Source: Polyangia bacterium | GTDB lineage: Bacteria; Myxococcota_A; Polyangia; Haliangiales; JADYYK01 | Assembly: GCA_044229835.1 (NCBI GenBank) | Contig: JBGASF010000085.1 | Coordinates: 273 to 32,272 of the forward strand | Direction of reading: 5' to 3' | DNA: 32,000 bases | Position numbers and translations under genes: made by a program | Notes under the pieces: generated by a model | Told to the model about the DNA's origin: nothing | Database searches by the model: none | Seen by the model: the letters and a program-made list of their open reading frames with translations, nothing else | In this document: positions 1-10,110 of the stretch, piece by piece | How positions within the stretch are numbered: the first letter of the stretch is position 1 | Layout of the letters: every line of letters starts with the position of its first letter

Positions 1-67
1 GCGCGAGCGACCGCTGCTGGTGCGGGTCGCGCTCGACGAGCTGACGCGGCGCTTCGGACCGCGCTGA
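1..67 (+). CDS. 3' end of an upstream gene (partial); possibly the MutL C-terminus
   Basis: The open frame from position 2 reads RERPLLVRVALDELTRRFGPR, followed by TGA at 65..67. That stop overlaps the miaA ATG by 1 nt (TGATG). The MutL idea rests only on the common mutL-miaA synteny and a C-terminal eL..F.R-like tail. The fragment is too short to verify. Confidence 0.3.
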   Translation, partial: RERPLLVRVALDELTRRFGPR

Positions 68-1013
68 TGGACGTGGCGTCGCAGGCGGCGCGGCCGCCGC
101 TGCTGGTCATCGTCGGGCCGACCGCGTCGGGCAAGACCGCGCTGGCGCTGCGCGCGGCCGAGCTGCTCGGCGGCGAGATCATCTCGGCCGACTCGCAGCA
201 GGTCTACCAGGGCATGGACATCGGCACCGGCAAGGCCAGCGCCGCCGAGCGCGCCCGGGTGCCCCACCACCTGCTCGATCTGGTCACGCCGGCGCAGCCG
301 ATGTCGGCGGCGACCTGGGCCGCGGCAGCCGACGCCGCCATCGCCGACCTGGCCGCGCGCGGCCGGCGCGCCATCGTGGCCGGGGGCACCGGCCTCTATG
401 TGCGCGCCCTGCTGCGCGGCCTGTTCGATGGCCCTTCACGCGACGACGCCCTGCGCACCGCGCTGTATGCCGAGGCCGCGGAGGGCGGTGGCGCCGCGCT
501 GCACGCCCGGCTGGCCGCCGTCGATCCGGTCTCGGCCGCGCGCATCCGCGCCAGCGACACCGTGCGCGTGGTGCGCGCCCTGGAGGTCCACGCCGCCACC
601 GGGATCGCGATGTCCGCCCACCAGGCCGCGCACGCCGGCGGGGCCCCGCGCTACCGCAGCCTGACCATCGGGCTCAGCCCGCCCGCCGCGGTTCGCGCCG
701 CGCGCATCGACGCCCGGGTCGACGCCATGATGGCGGCCGGCCTGCTCGACGAGGTGCGCGCCCTGGTCGCCGCCGGCCACGCCGACGCCCTGGCGCTGCA
801 GGCCATCGGCTATCGCCAGCTGGTGCAGCACCTCGCCGGCGCCATCGACCTCGCGGAAGCGGTGCGTCAAATCAAGCGTGACTCGCGGCGCTATGCGCGC
901 CGCCAGCTCACGTGGTACAGGGATGACGCCTCGGTCGCCTGGTATGCGTCCGTGGACGACGTCTCCGACGCCGCGCTCGTCGAGCTCGGCCGTCGGCTCT
1001 TCGGAGAAGGCCC

Positions 1014-1017
<4 letters not shown>
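67..1017 (+). CDS. miaA: tRNA dimethylallyltransferase (isopentenyl-tRNA transferase)
   Basis: 316 aa. It has the N-terminal P-loop [15 protein letters not shown] followed by [18 protein letters not shown] and later AIGYRQ, which are the hallmark MiaA/IPPT motifs. GC3 is high throughout. Confidence 0.93.
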
Positions 1018-2012
<995 letters not shown>

Positions 2013-2013
2013 G

Positions 2014-2079
2014 GGAGACGGAGCCGGAGCCGGAACCGGAGCCGGAACCGGAACCGGAACCGGAACCGGAACCGGACAG
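2014..2079. repeat. Intergenic hexanucleotide microsatellite, about 11 units of GGAGCC/GGAACC
   Basis: Read directly from the sequence: ggagac ggagcc ggagcc ggaacc ggagcc then ggaacc x5, ending ggacag. It starts 2 nt after the accA stop. Confidence 0.9.
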
Positions 2080-2112
2080 GCCTTTGGCTCGGCTGCGCCG
2101 AGCCTGAGGCCT
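2078..2112 (+). terminator. Hairpin downstream of accA (putative intrinsic terminator, no clear U-tract)
   Basis: aggcct-tt-ggctcgg ctgcg ccgagcc-tg-aggcct gives 13 paired positions (6+7 bp) around a 2x2 internal loop and a 5-nt loop. It lies in the accA-rhomboid intergenic region. Confidence 0.5.
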
Positions 2113-2149
2113 GGCGCCGAAGCCCCTCATGCATTAGGTTTCGATCGCT

Positions 2150-4312
2150 TTGGACACCATCCAGGTCCTGCTCTACTTCGTCATCGGCTCCTGTGTCGTG
2201 ACGCTGCTCACCGTGCTGCGCACGCCGGGGGGGCCGCGCGGGCCGTACCTGGCGCTGCTGGTGGCCGACATCGTGCTGGCGTCCGCGCTGCTGACGCGCG
2301 ACATGCTGAGCTCGCCGCTGGTCTGGGTCGCGGTGGCGGCCTATGCGCTGCTGGTGCCGGTGCCGGCGCTGCTGCTGGTGGGGTCGCGGCGCGCCGCCAT
2401 GTCGGAGCGGCTGGCGCTGGCGGCCCGGCTGGCCGCGGTGCGCGAGCTGCTGATGCCTGGCGCGCGCACCCGCTTCGAGCGCGAGCAGCTGGAGGCGCTG
2501 GCCCGGGTCCGCGCCGGCAAGGGTGAGGACGCCATCAAGGCCCTGCGCGAGGCCGCGGCCAAGGCGCCCGATCCGATGGTGCGCCGGCTGCTCGGCGAGC
2601 AGCTGGTCAGCCTGCTGGTGTTCGACCGCCGCTTCGACGACGCCCTGGCCGAGTACGACGGCATCGGCGGCGAGCGCGTCAACCCGCCGCTGTCCCCCCC
2701 GGTGACCGCGCAGCTGGTGCGCGCCGCGGTCGAGACCGGCGAGCTCGAGCGCGCCGGCGATCTGCTGGCCCGCCTGGAGCAGGGGCCGTTCGCGGCCACC
2801 GTGCAGGCGCAGCCGCTGCTGGCGCAGGCGCGCATGTTCTTCCTGGCCGGCCTCGGCCGCATCGACGACGTCATCGCCATCACCACCGCGGCGCCGCCCA
2901 CCGAGGGCGCCGCGCCGCTGGCGGATCTGCCCGCGGTGGCGCGCGCGTACTGGATCGGCCTGGCCGCCGCGCGCAGCGGACGGCGCGAGGAGGCCCTGAG
3001 CTCGCTGGGGCGCGCGGTCGAGCTGTCCAAGGCCGACCGCGGTGGCACCGCGCTGGCGCAGCGCCGGCTGTCCGAGGTCGAGGACGGCAGCGGCCTCGGC
3101 CCGGTGGTGGTGCCCGCCGAGCTGGCGCAGCTGGCCGATCGCATCGGCGCGGCGGCGCGGGCGGCGCGGCTGCCCAAGGCGCTGGCCGGCAGCAAGCGAC
3201 CCTGGGTCACCCTGGCGCTGATCGCGATGTCGACCGCGGCCTTCGTGGCCCTCGAGATCGCGGGTGGCTCGGCCAACCTCGAGAACCTGATGCGCGCCGG
3301 GGCCAACGTGCCCACGCTGGTCTCGGCCGGCGAGTGGTGGCGCCTGCCCAGCTCGATGTTCCTGCACATCGGGGGCTGGCACATCGTGCTCAACATGTAC
3401 TCGCTGTGGGTGATGGGGCGCCTCATCGAGGAGCGCATGGGCGCGCTGCGCTACTTCGCGGTCTACATGATGGCCGGCCTCGGCGGCGCGCTGGCCAGCT
3501 ACATCAACCTGTCGCGGCGCGATGGCTTCGGCCTGTCGGTGGGGGCGTCGGGGGCGATCTTCGGCCTGCTCGGGGGCGCCATCGCGGTGTTCTGGCGCGA
3601 TCGCACGCTGCCCGAGCGGGTGCGCAAGAACGTGGTGCGGACGCTGTGGTTCCTGGCCGGCCTCAACGTCGTGCTGGGCATGTCGATGAAGCAGATCGAT
3701 CAGGCCGCGCACGTGGGCGGCTTCCTGACCGGGGCGCTGTTCGGCCTGGTGCTGGCGCCCGGTCTGCGCGGTGGGCTGGCGCGGGCGTCGCGGGTGATGG
3801 CGGTCGCGCTGGCGCTGGCCGGCGTCGGCGCCATCGGCTGGGCCGGCGTCAACGTGGTCGGCAGCGTGCGCGGCGAGGGGCTGATGACCATGGACTGGGG
3901 CCAGGTCAGCTTCGAGGTGCCACGCAGCTGGCAGGTGGTGTCGTCGAGCGGCGCCGAGGCGCTGGTCGATCCCGACACCAACACCGCGCTGGTGCTGGAT
4001 CGCGTCGGCGCGGCCACGGCGCCGAGCGCCAGCGCGCTGGCCGATCAGCTCGTCACCGAGGTGACGGTGGCGCCCAGCTACAAGTCGACCACGGTGTCGC
4101 AGCGGCTGGTGCCCACCGGCGACGACTGGGCCCAGCGCGAGTTCATCGTGTCCGAGGGCAGCGGGCCGCGGCGCGAGCTGGTGGTGGTGCGCCGGCTCGG
4201 CAATGGCGACTACGTGGTCGCGCGGGTGCGCATCCAGCGCGAGCAGCTGGGCAACCAGGCCGGCGTGCTGCGCGCGCTGCTGGGGTCGCTGCGCCAGGCG
4301 CCTCCGCGCTAG
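2150..4312 (+). CDS. Rhomboid-family intramembrane serine protease with an N-terminal TM/TPR-like region and a C-terminal extracytoplasmic domain
   Basis: 720 aa. The rhomboid core reads WWRLPSSMFLHIGGWHIVLNMYSLWVMG ... GASGAIFGLLG ... AAHVGGFLTG, giving the catalytic Ser in GASGA and the His in AHVGG. The TTG start at 2150 comes from the track and is uncertain, since no clear SD is present. Confidence 0.85.
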   Translation: MDTIQVLLYFVIGSCVVTLLTVLRTPGGPRGPYLALLVADIVLASALLTRDMLSSPLVWVAVAAYALLVPVPALLLVGSRRAAMSERLALAARLAAVRELLMPGARTRFEREQLEALARVRAGKGEDAIKALREAAAKAPDPMVRRLLGEQLVSLLVFDRRFDDALAEYDGIGGERVNPPLSPPVTAQLVRAAVETGELERAGDLLARLEQGPFAATVQAQPLLAQARMFFLAGLGRIDDVIAITTAAPPTEGAAPLADLPAVARAYWIGLAAARSGRREEALSSLGRAVELSKADRGGTALAQRRLSEVEDGSGLGPVVVPAELAQLADRIGAAARAARLPKALAGSKRPWVTLALIAMSTAAFVALEIAGGSANLENLMRAGANVPTLVSAGEWWRLPSSMFLHIGGWHIVLNMYSLWVMGRLIEERMGALRYFAVYMMAGLGGALASYINLSRRDGFGLSVGASGAIFGLLGGAIAVFWRDRTLPERVRKNVVRTLWFLAGLNVVLGMSMKQIDQAAHVGGFLTGALFGLVLAPGLRGGLARASRVMAVALALAGVGAIGWAGVNVVGSVRGEGLMTMDWGQVSFEVPRSWQVVSSSGAEALVDPDTNTALVLDRVGAATAPSASALADQLVTEVTVAPSYKSTTVSQRLVPTGDDWAQREFIVSEGSGPRRELVVVRRLGNGDYVVARVRIQREQLGNQAGVLRALLGSLRQAPPR

Positions 4313-4345
4313 CGTCCGGGGCCCACCGGCCCGCGACGGCTCGGC

Positions 4346-5947
4346 TCAAATCACGCGGCTGTAGTCGTCGATGCGCAGCTTCCACACCGGGACGCCGCAG
4401 AACTTGTCGCCCTCGGGGCAGATCGGGCGCGTGGTCGTCATCAGGCGCAGCCCGCACGGCGGCAAGAGGTAGCGCGCGATGATGGGGTCGACGTCGCGGA
4501 TCTGGCGCACCTCGTCGAGCGACGCGCGCCAGATCTCCTCCTGGGCGTTGTAGCAGAGGCGGGCCTTGAGCTTGTGGTGCAGGTGCAGGAGGTCGGCGCT
4601 CTCGGTGAAGCGCACGTGCACCGCGTTGGGCAGCAGGTAGGCGACATACTCGGCCGGCACCCCGAGCACGGTCAGGCGCGCGATGGCGTCCCAGGCCCGC
4701 GCCATGGTGTCGATGTACACCGTCTCGGCGGCGGCGCTGCGCTTGATGAGCTCGGGCACCGTGTAGTCGGGCTCGCCGGTCAGGTGCGCCAGCAGGATGG
4801 GGCGCGAGCCCGGCGTCATGCGGTGGCGCTGATCCTGCGAGTCTGCGGTGTGGGACAGCCGCTTCTTGAAGGTGTAGTGCGCGTGGCCCAGCGCGCGCGA
4901 CAGCTTGGACAGCGTGGTCAGCGTCATGGCCTGGCCATGCAGCGGATTGGCCGCGGGGTCGAGCGCCAGGCGGATGGCGGCCTCGTCGGTCATGGTCGCG
5001 CGCGGGGCGCCCACCACCTCGCGCACCGCCTGCGCCACCAGGGCCTGGTTCTCGGGCTTGCTGCCGACCAGGACCGAGACCTTGCCGCCCAGCTCGGCGT
5101 CGAACTCGGCCGCGAAGGTGCGCGCGCGCGCGGCGGCCTGCGGGGTCAGCGCGCCGTCGATGCTCTCGCCGGCGGCGGCGTAGTGGCGGAACTCGGGGGT
5201 GTCCTCCAGCGCCAGCGGCTCCTCCAGGATGGTCTGGAAGGCGGGGTCGTGGCGCAGCATCTCCTCGACCATGCGGGTGACCACCAGGCGGGTCTCCAGC
5301 GGGCAGTCGTACTGCTGGCAGATCCGGTAGTAGCGCAGCAGGGTCAGCGCCGAGATGGTGTGATAGAGGTGCGCGTAGGTCGCCACCGGCAGGACGTAGC
5401 GCGCGATCTCCTGCGCCTTCTTCTTGATGTCCTTGGCGCCGCCGTCGTTCTTCTTGCGCGCCGGGAAGATGCGGTAGTACTCGCGCGCGGCCGCCGGGGT
5501 CAGGTGCTCGATCAGGCGCTGGTAGGCGGCCATCTGCATGGCCAGGGTGTCCTCGAACAGGGTGCGCGCCTCGCCCTCGAGCGGGGGCACCGCGAAGGTG
5601 CCGGCGCGGACCTCGACATAGCGCTGCGAGACCTGCTCGGAGTTGTAGAACGGGTGCGCGTGCAGGAAGGACCACAGGAACTGGCGCGACACCCGCGCCA
5701 GCGAGAACTGGAAGTGCGCGTGCTGCAGCGTGGTGTGGTGGCCGGCCTCGTAGGTCGAGCGCGCGATGCGGTCGCGGCGCTCGGGGTCCTTGGCCACGTC
5801 GGCCGGCGAGATGATGCGCGGCGCATAGCAGGTGCGCGCGGTCGCGACCGCGTTGTCGAAGGGCTGCGCGAAGGCGCCCACGAGGGTGACCTCGGGGGCA
5901 GGGGAGGCGAACTGCGCAGCGCCGGAGGCGATGGGGACCTGAGCCAC
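4346..5947 (-). CDS. ThyX-family (FAD-dependent thymidylate synthase-like) protein with tandem two-domain architecture
   Basis: 533 aa with a GTG start. The N-terminal half carries HHTTLQHAHFQFSL..VSRQF...NSEQVSQRYVE and ARYVLPVATY. The C-terminal half carries SQDQRHRMTPGS, VAYLLPNAV and RLCYNAQEEIW. These are ThyX-fold signatures, each present once or twice. The protein is about twice the length of a canonical ThyX. Confidence 0.75.
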   Translation of the reverse strand: MAQVPIASGAAQFASPAPEVTLVGAFAQPFDNAVATARTCYAPRIISPADVAKDPERRDRIARSTYEAGHHTTLQHAHFQFSLARVSRQFLWSFLHAHPFYNSEQVSQRYVEVRAGTFAVPPLEGEARTLFEDTLAMQMAAYQRLIEHLTPAAAREYYRIFPARKKNDGGAKDIKKKAQEIARYVLPVATYAHLYHTISALTLLRYYRICQQYDCPLETRLVVTRMVEEMLRHDPAFQTILEEPLALEDTPEFRHYAAAGESIDGALTPQAAARARTFAAEFDAELGGKVSVLVGSKPENQALVAQAVREVVGAPRATMTDEAAIRLALDPAANPLHGQAMTLTTLSKLSRALGHAHYTFKKRLSHTADSQDQRHRMTPGSRPILLAHLTGEPDYTVPELIKRSAAAETVYIDTMARAWDAIARLTVLGVPAEYVAYLLPNAVHVRFTESADLLHLHHKLKARLCYNAQEEIWRASLDEVRQIRDVDPIIARYLLPPCGLRLMTTTRPICPEGDKFCGVPVWKLRIDDYSRVI

Positions 5948-6007
5948 GGCGGCAGGTTATCACGTCAGAAGTTGCTCCCCCTACACTCGCCGTGTCAGAA
6001 CAAGACC

Positions 6008-6936
<929 letters not shown>

Positions 6937-6940
<4 letters not shown>

Positions 6941-7920
6941 TGCCGCGCCGCGGGCTCGCGCTGCTGCTGGTCATGCTGGCCGCCGGCGGCGCGCGCGCCG
7001 AGCCCAGCCCCGGCGATGACGAGCTGTACGGCGACTCGCCCGCGCCCACGCCGGCACCGACACCGGGACCCACGCCGCGCCCGGGCAAGCCCGGCGCCCA
7101 GGCCAGCGACGAACTGCTCTACGGCGACGCCCCGCGCTCGCGCCTGCTCGAGCTGCGCCTGGTCGACTTCCCGACCCCGCTGTTCGCGGTCGATCCCCAC
7201 CTGCGCCTGGCGCTCGGCGTCGAGCTGCGCGTGCTGCCCGGCCTCGGCGATCGCCCGCCGACCTCCGAGACCGTGCTGGCGCTCGATCTGCCCGGCCTGA
7301 GCCTGCGCCTGCCGGCGACCCGCACCGGCAGCGGCGACTTCTATGTCGGCGACACCCGGCTGGCCCTCGGGGTGCCGGTGTTCGCCGGGCGCCGCGCCGG
7401 TCGCGACTGGCACCTGACCCCCGCCGCCACCGTGCTCCTCGGCGACGAGCTCGGCCCCTATGCCGATGACAACGCCTGGGGCGCCCAGCTGGCCGGCGGC
7501 CTGCAGTCGGGCGGCGTCAGCCTGCAGCTCATCCCGCGCCTGCACCGCTTCCCGGTGCGCCGCTTCGCACAGCCGACCGAGGCCGACGCCACCGCGGTGC
7601 TCGGCGGCGAGCTGGTGCTGGCCGGGCGCGCGCCGGTGCGGGGCCACCTCGTCAGCGTCCTCATCGAGGCCGCCGCCGCGGTGCCGCTGGGCGGCCCGCT
7701 CGCGGGCGAGGCCGCGCTGGAGCTCGGCGCCGGTGTGCGCGCGCAGCTGTCGCGCAGCCTGACCCTGGGCCTGGCCGCCGCCAGCCGTGTCGGCCAGGTC
7801 AGCGGCGCCGACCGCATCATCTATGGTGTCGGCCCGCTCGATCGCGGCGCCCGGCTCCAGGTCACGCTGGGGCTGACCATGGTGGTGGGCGGGCTGGACG
7901 GCAAGCTGGACCGCAAGTAG
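6937..7920 (+). CDS. Hypothetical secreted protein, beta-strand-rich (possible outer-membrane protein)
   Basis: 327 aa. The ATG overlaps the upstream stop (ATGA). The signal peptide is MMPRRGLALLLVMLAAGGARAEP, followed by a PTPAPTPGPTPRP linker and then alternating hydrophobic/polar segments. I recognise no family. Confidence 0.6.
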
Positions 7921-7930
7921 GGTAGAGCCA

Positions 7931-8566
7931 ATGTCGAACATCGGGCCCGAGACGCTCCGCCTGCAGGAGCTCTTGCTGGCGGTCGAGACCGCCGAGACGC
8001 CCGCCGACAGCGCCGCCGCCATCACCACCATCGAGACGCGCTACCAGGCCCGGCGCTCGGTGCTGGTGGGCGACATGGAGGGCTTCACCGCGCGCGTCCT
8101 CAGCGACGGCGTGGTGCCCTTCATCGCGACCATCTACCGCATGCGCCGCCTGTGCACGCCGCTGGTGGCGCAGGGTTCGGGCTACCTGTTCAAGGCCGAC
8201 GCCGACAACCTGTTCGCCGCCTTCGACGAGCCCATCGCCGCGGTCGGCTGCGCGCTCGAGATGCAGCGCGTGCTGCGCGCCGACGCCCGCGGTCGCACCG
8301 CCGCGCTGCGCATCGGCCTCGGCGTGGGCATCGCCACCGGGGACGTGCTGGCCATCGGCCACGAGGACGTCTGGGGCACCGCCATCAACGTCGCCTCCAA
8401 GCTGGGCGAGGACGTCGCGTGCAGCGGCGAGATCCTGGTCGACGAGGCCACCCTGGCCATCGTGCGCGGCGCCCCCGGCCTGCTCGACGACGTCGAGGTC
8501 CACCCCATCGCCTCGGTCGGCCTGTCCGGCGTCGAGCTGCGCTACACCAGGCTGACCCTGCGGTAG
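7931..8566 (+). CDS. Stand-alone class III adenylate/guanylate cyclase catalytic-domain protein
   Basis: 211 aa. Motifs are VLVGDMEGFTA (metal-binding Asp), FKADADNLFAAF (second Asp), LRIGLGVGIATGDV and DVWGTAINVASKLGE..GEILV, the latter resembling G..VN.A.R. The usual Arg is replaced by Lys here. Confidence 0.8.
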   Translation: MSNIGPETLRLQELLLAVETAETPADSAAAITTIETRYQARRSVLVGDMEGFTARVLSDGVVPFIATIYRMRRLCTPLVAQGSGYLFKADADNLFAAFDEPIAAVGCALEMQRVLRADARGRTAALRIGLGVGIATGDVLAIGHEDVWGTAINVASKLGEDVACSGEILVDEATLAIVRGAPGLLDDVEVHPIASVGLSGVELRYTRLTLR

Positions 8567-8588
8567 CTGCACGCGCCCGCGCGCGCAG
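8567..8588. terminator. GC-rich hairpin between convergent genes (putative bidirectional terminator)
   Basis: ctgcacgcg cccg cgcgcgcag forms a 9-position stem with one A/C mismatch and a 4-nt loop. It exactly fills the gap between the cyclase and MBL stops. Confidence 0.4.
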
Positions 8589-8589
8589 G

Positions 8590-9456
8590 TCAGATGTCGA
8601 CCAGCTCGCGCACCATCGGCGCGCCCTTGTCGTCGCGGCCCAGGCGCGCCCCGTGGCGCTTGTCGTGGCCGAACAGCACCAGCCAGTCCTCCTCGATGGC
8701 CTGCGCCAGCACCGCGCGCTTGCTCTCCAGGGTGGCCACCACGTCGAGGTCGTAGGCCATGATGAAGGGCAGGCGCACATGCAGCGCGGTCGGCACCACG
8801 TCACCCAGGAACAGCGCGCGCCGGGCGCCGCCGCCTTCGCCGCTGCCGCCGTCGATGCGCACCGACTGGTGACCCTGGGTGTGGCCCGGGGTCGGCACCA
8901 CGGTGACGCCGCGCGCGACCTCGACCTCGCCGTCGACCGCCTCCAGTCGCCCCGCCGCCAGCAGGGGCTCGATGTTCTCGATGAGGTAGCTGGCGCGGTT
9001 GCGCTCGTGCGGGTGCAGCGCGTCCTCGAGCTCGCGCCGCTGCACCACGTGGCGCGCGCGCGGGAACACCGGGGCCAGCGCGCCGCCCTCGTCACGCCTG
9101 ACCGCGCCGCCGGCGTGATCGAAGTGCAGGTGGGTCATCACCACGACGTCGATCGACTCCGGCGCGATCGACTCGGCGGCCAGCGCGCGCAGCAGGCAGC
9201 CGTGCTGCTCGATGCCGTAGATCGCCCGCTCCTTGGCGCTGAACTTGTCGCCGTTGCCGGTCTCGACGAGGACGCGCTCGCCGCCCGGGGTGTCCACCAC
9301 CAGGCAGTTGGTCGAGTAGGTGACGCGGTTGAGCTCGTCGCAGCCGACCAGCTTGGACCAGATGGTCTTGGGCACCACGCCATGCATGGCCCCGCCATCG
9401 AGCCGGAAGTCCCCGCCCGAGACCATGCGCAGCCGGTGCTCGCCAAGCTGGAGCAT
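8590..9456 (-). CDS. MBL-fold metallo-hydrolase (N-acyl-homoserine-lactonase-like)
   Basis: 288 aa. It has the HxHxDH motif MTHLHFDHAGG, then TPGHTQGH and a late FGHD, all typical of the metallo-beta-lactamase fold. The HLHFDHAGG form matches AiiA-type lactonases. Confidence 0.88.
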   Translation of the reverse strand: MLQLGEHRLRMVSGGDFRLDGGAMHGVVPKTIWSKLVGCDELNRVTYSTNCLVVDTPGGERVLVETGNGDKFSAKERAIYGIEQHGCLLRALAAESIAPESIDVVVMTHLHFDHAGGAVRRDEGGALAPVFPRARHVVQRRELEDALHPHERNRASYLIENIEPLLAAGRLEAVDGEVEVARGVTVVPTPGHTQGHQSVRIDGGSGEGGGARRALFLGDVVPTALHVRLPFIMAYDLDVVATLESKRAVLAQAIEEDWLVLFGHDKRHGARLGRDDKGAPMVRELVDI

Positions 9457-9470
9457 GCTGCCAGGCTACC

Positions 9471-9941
9471 TCATCCGCGGGCGCGTCGCCGCAGCGCCCG
9501 GCGCACCCGCCACTCCGTGACCCAGGCCACGCAGGGCCCCGCGGGCGCCGCCGCCAGGGCGCCCAGCCCCAGCCAGGCCAGCATGGTCAGGCGCCGCTCG
9601 GGCAGCCCGAACGCGGTCGCCAGCACCAGCGCCAGCGCCGCCCCCAGCAGCCCGAGCTGCAGCGCCGCCCCCAGCCCGCGCCGGCGCCGGTCCAGGTGCA
9701 CCCCATCGCTGACCCAGCGCGCGACCCCGCCCCCGACCAGCAGCAGGGGCAGCGCCGTCAGGGCGCCCCCCACCAGCAGGGCCCTGGCCAGATCCTCATG
9801 TCCGGCGCTGCGATCCCGGCACAGGTGGGCCACCAGGGCCAGCAGCGGCCCAGCCACGCCCAGGGTGATGGCTCCCCCCAGCCAGAAGGTGAACCAGGGT
9901 GGCCTGGGCACCTCGGGTCGGCCGCGGCCCCCCGTTTTCAT
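9471..9941 (-). CDS. Hypothetical integral membrane protein (about 4 TM segments)
   Basis: 156 aa with four hydrophobic stretches (for example WFTFWLGGAITLGVAGPLLALVA and LGAALQLGLLGAALALVLATAF). It lies 14 nt upstream of the MBL gene on the same strand and has high GC3. Confidence 0.6.
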   Translation of the reverse strand: MKTGGRGRPEVPRPPWFTFWLGGAITLGVAGPLLALVAHLCRDRSAGHEDLARALLVGGALTALPLLLVGGGVARWVSDGVHLDRRRRGLGAALQLGLLGAALALVLATAFGLPERRLTMLAWLGLGALAAAPAGPCVAWVTEWRVRRALRRRARG

Positions 9942-10110
9942 GGCTGCGCGTCCGAACAGGGAAGGAAGGTCCGGCCCCGAAGCTGCCGTAGTAAGACTGC
10001 CAACGCCCTCTCCGTGCTTGCACTTTGGGGGTGGGCGGTGGAATGGTCAAGAAATCTCAAAGGGTTGTCGTTGATCCACCTGGGTCCGTCTTGATAAAGT
10101 GAGTGCCACG

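Noticed and set aside
2014-2079. CRISPR array interpretation of the tandem repeats (also 19602..19655 and 28171..28212)
   Set aside because: The units are 6 nt with no spacers, and no cas genes are present. These are microsatellites, not CRISPR repeats.
4313-4338. Terminator hairpin between the rhomboid and ThyX-like genes
   Set aside because: Only a 4+4 bp interrupted stem can be drawn (cgtc/gacg plus cggg/cccg with a bulged C). That is too weak to annotate in GC-rich DNA.
5963-6000. Direct repeat CGTCAGAA / CGTGTCAGAA in the thyX-like/peptidase divergent promoter region
   Set aside because: There are only two short copies (8 and 10 nt). This could arise by chance and there is no supporting symmetry or conservation information.
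4574-6007. N-terminal 478 codons of the 788-aa plus-strand ORF 4574..6940
   Set aside because: This part is antisense to the ThyX-like gene and has no motifs. A proper signal peptide begins at the in-frame ATG at 6008, so only 6008..6940 is called.
7931-8566. Pycsar (pyrimidine cyclase) antiphage system
   Set aside because: A minimal class III cyclase is present. However, no adjacent effector with a cNMP-binding, TIR or TM-effector architecture exists. Its neighbours are Sec-exported envelope proteins and a convergent MBL hydrolase. I kept it only as a low-weight note inside a finding.
9942-10110. Small RNA or tRNA-like element in the lower-GC region upstream of the tail-tube-like gene
   Set aside because: I found no cloverleaf, no extended stem-loops and no terminator. 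The region most likely holds a promoter and 5' UTR. A weak TTGATC (10071..10076) and GATAAA (10093..10098) pair lies 16 nt apart, which is not strong enough to annotate.
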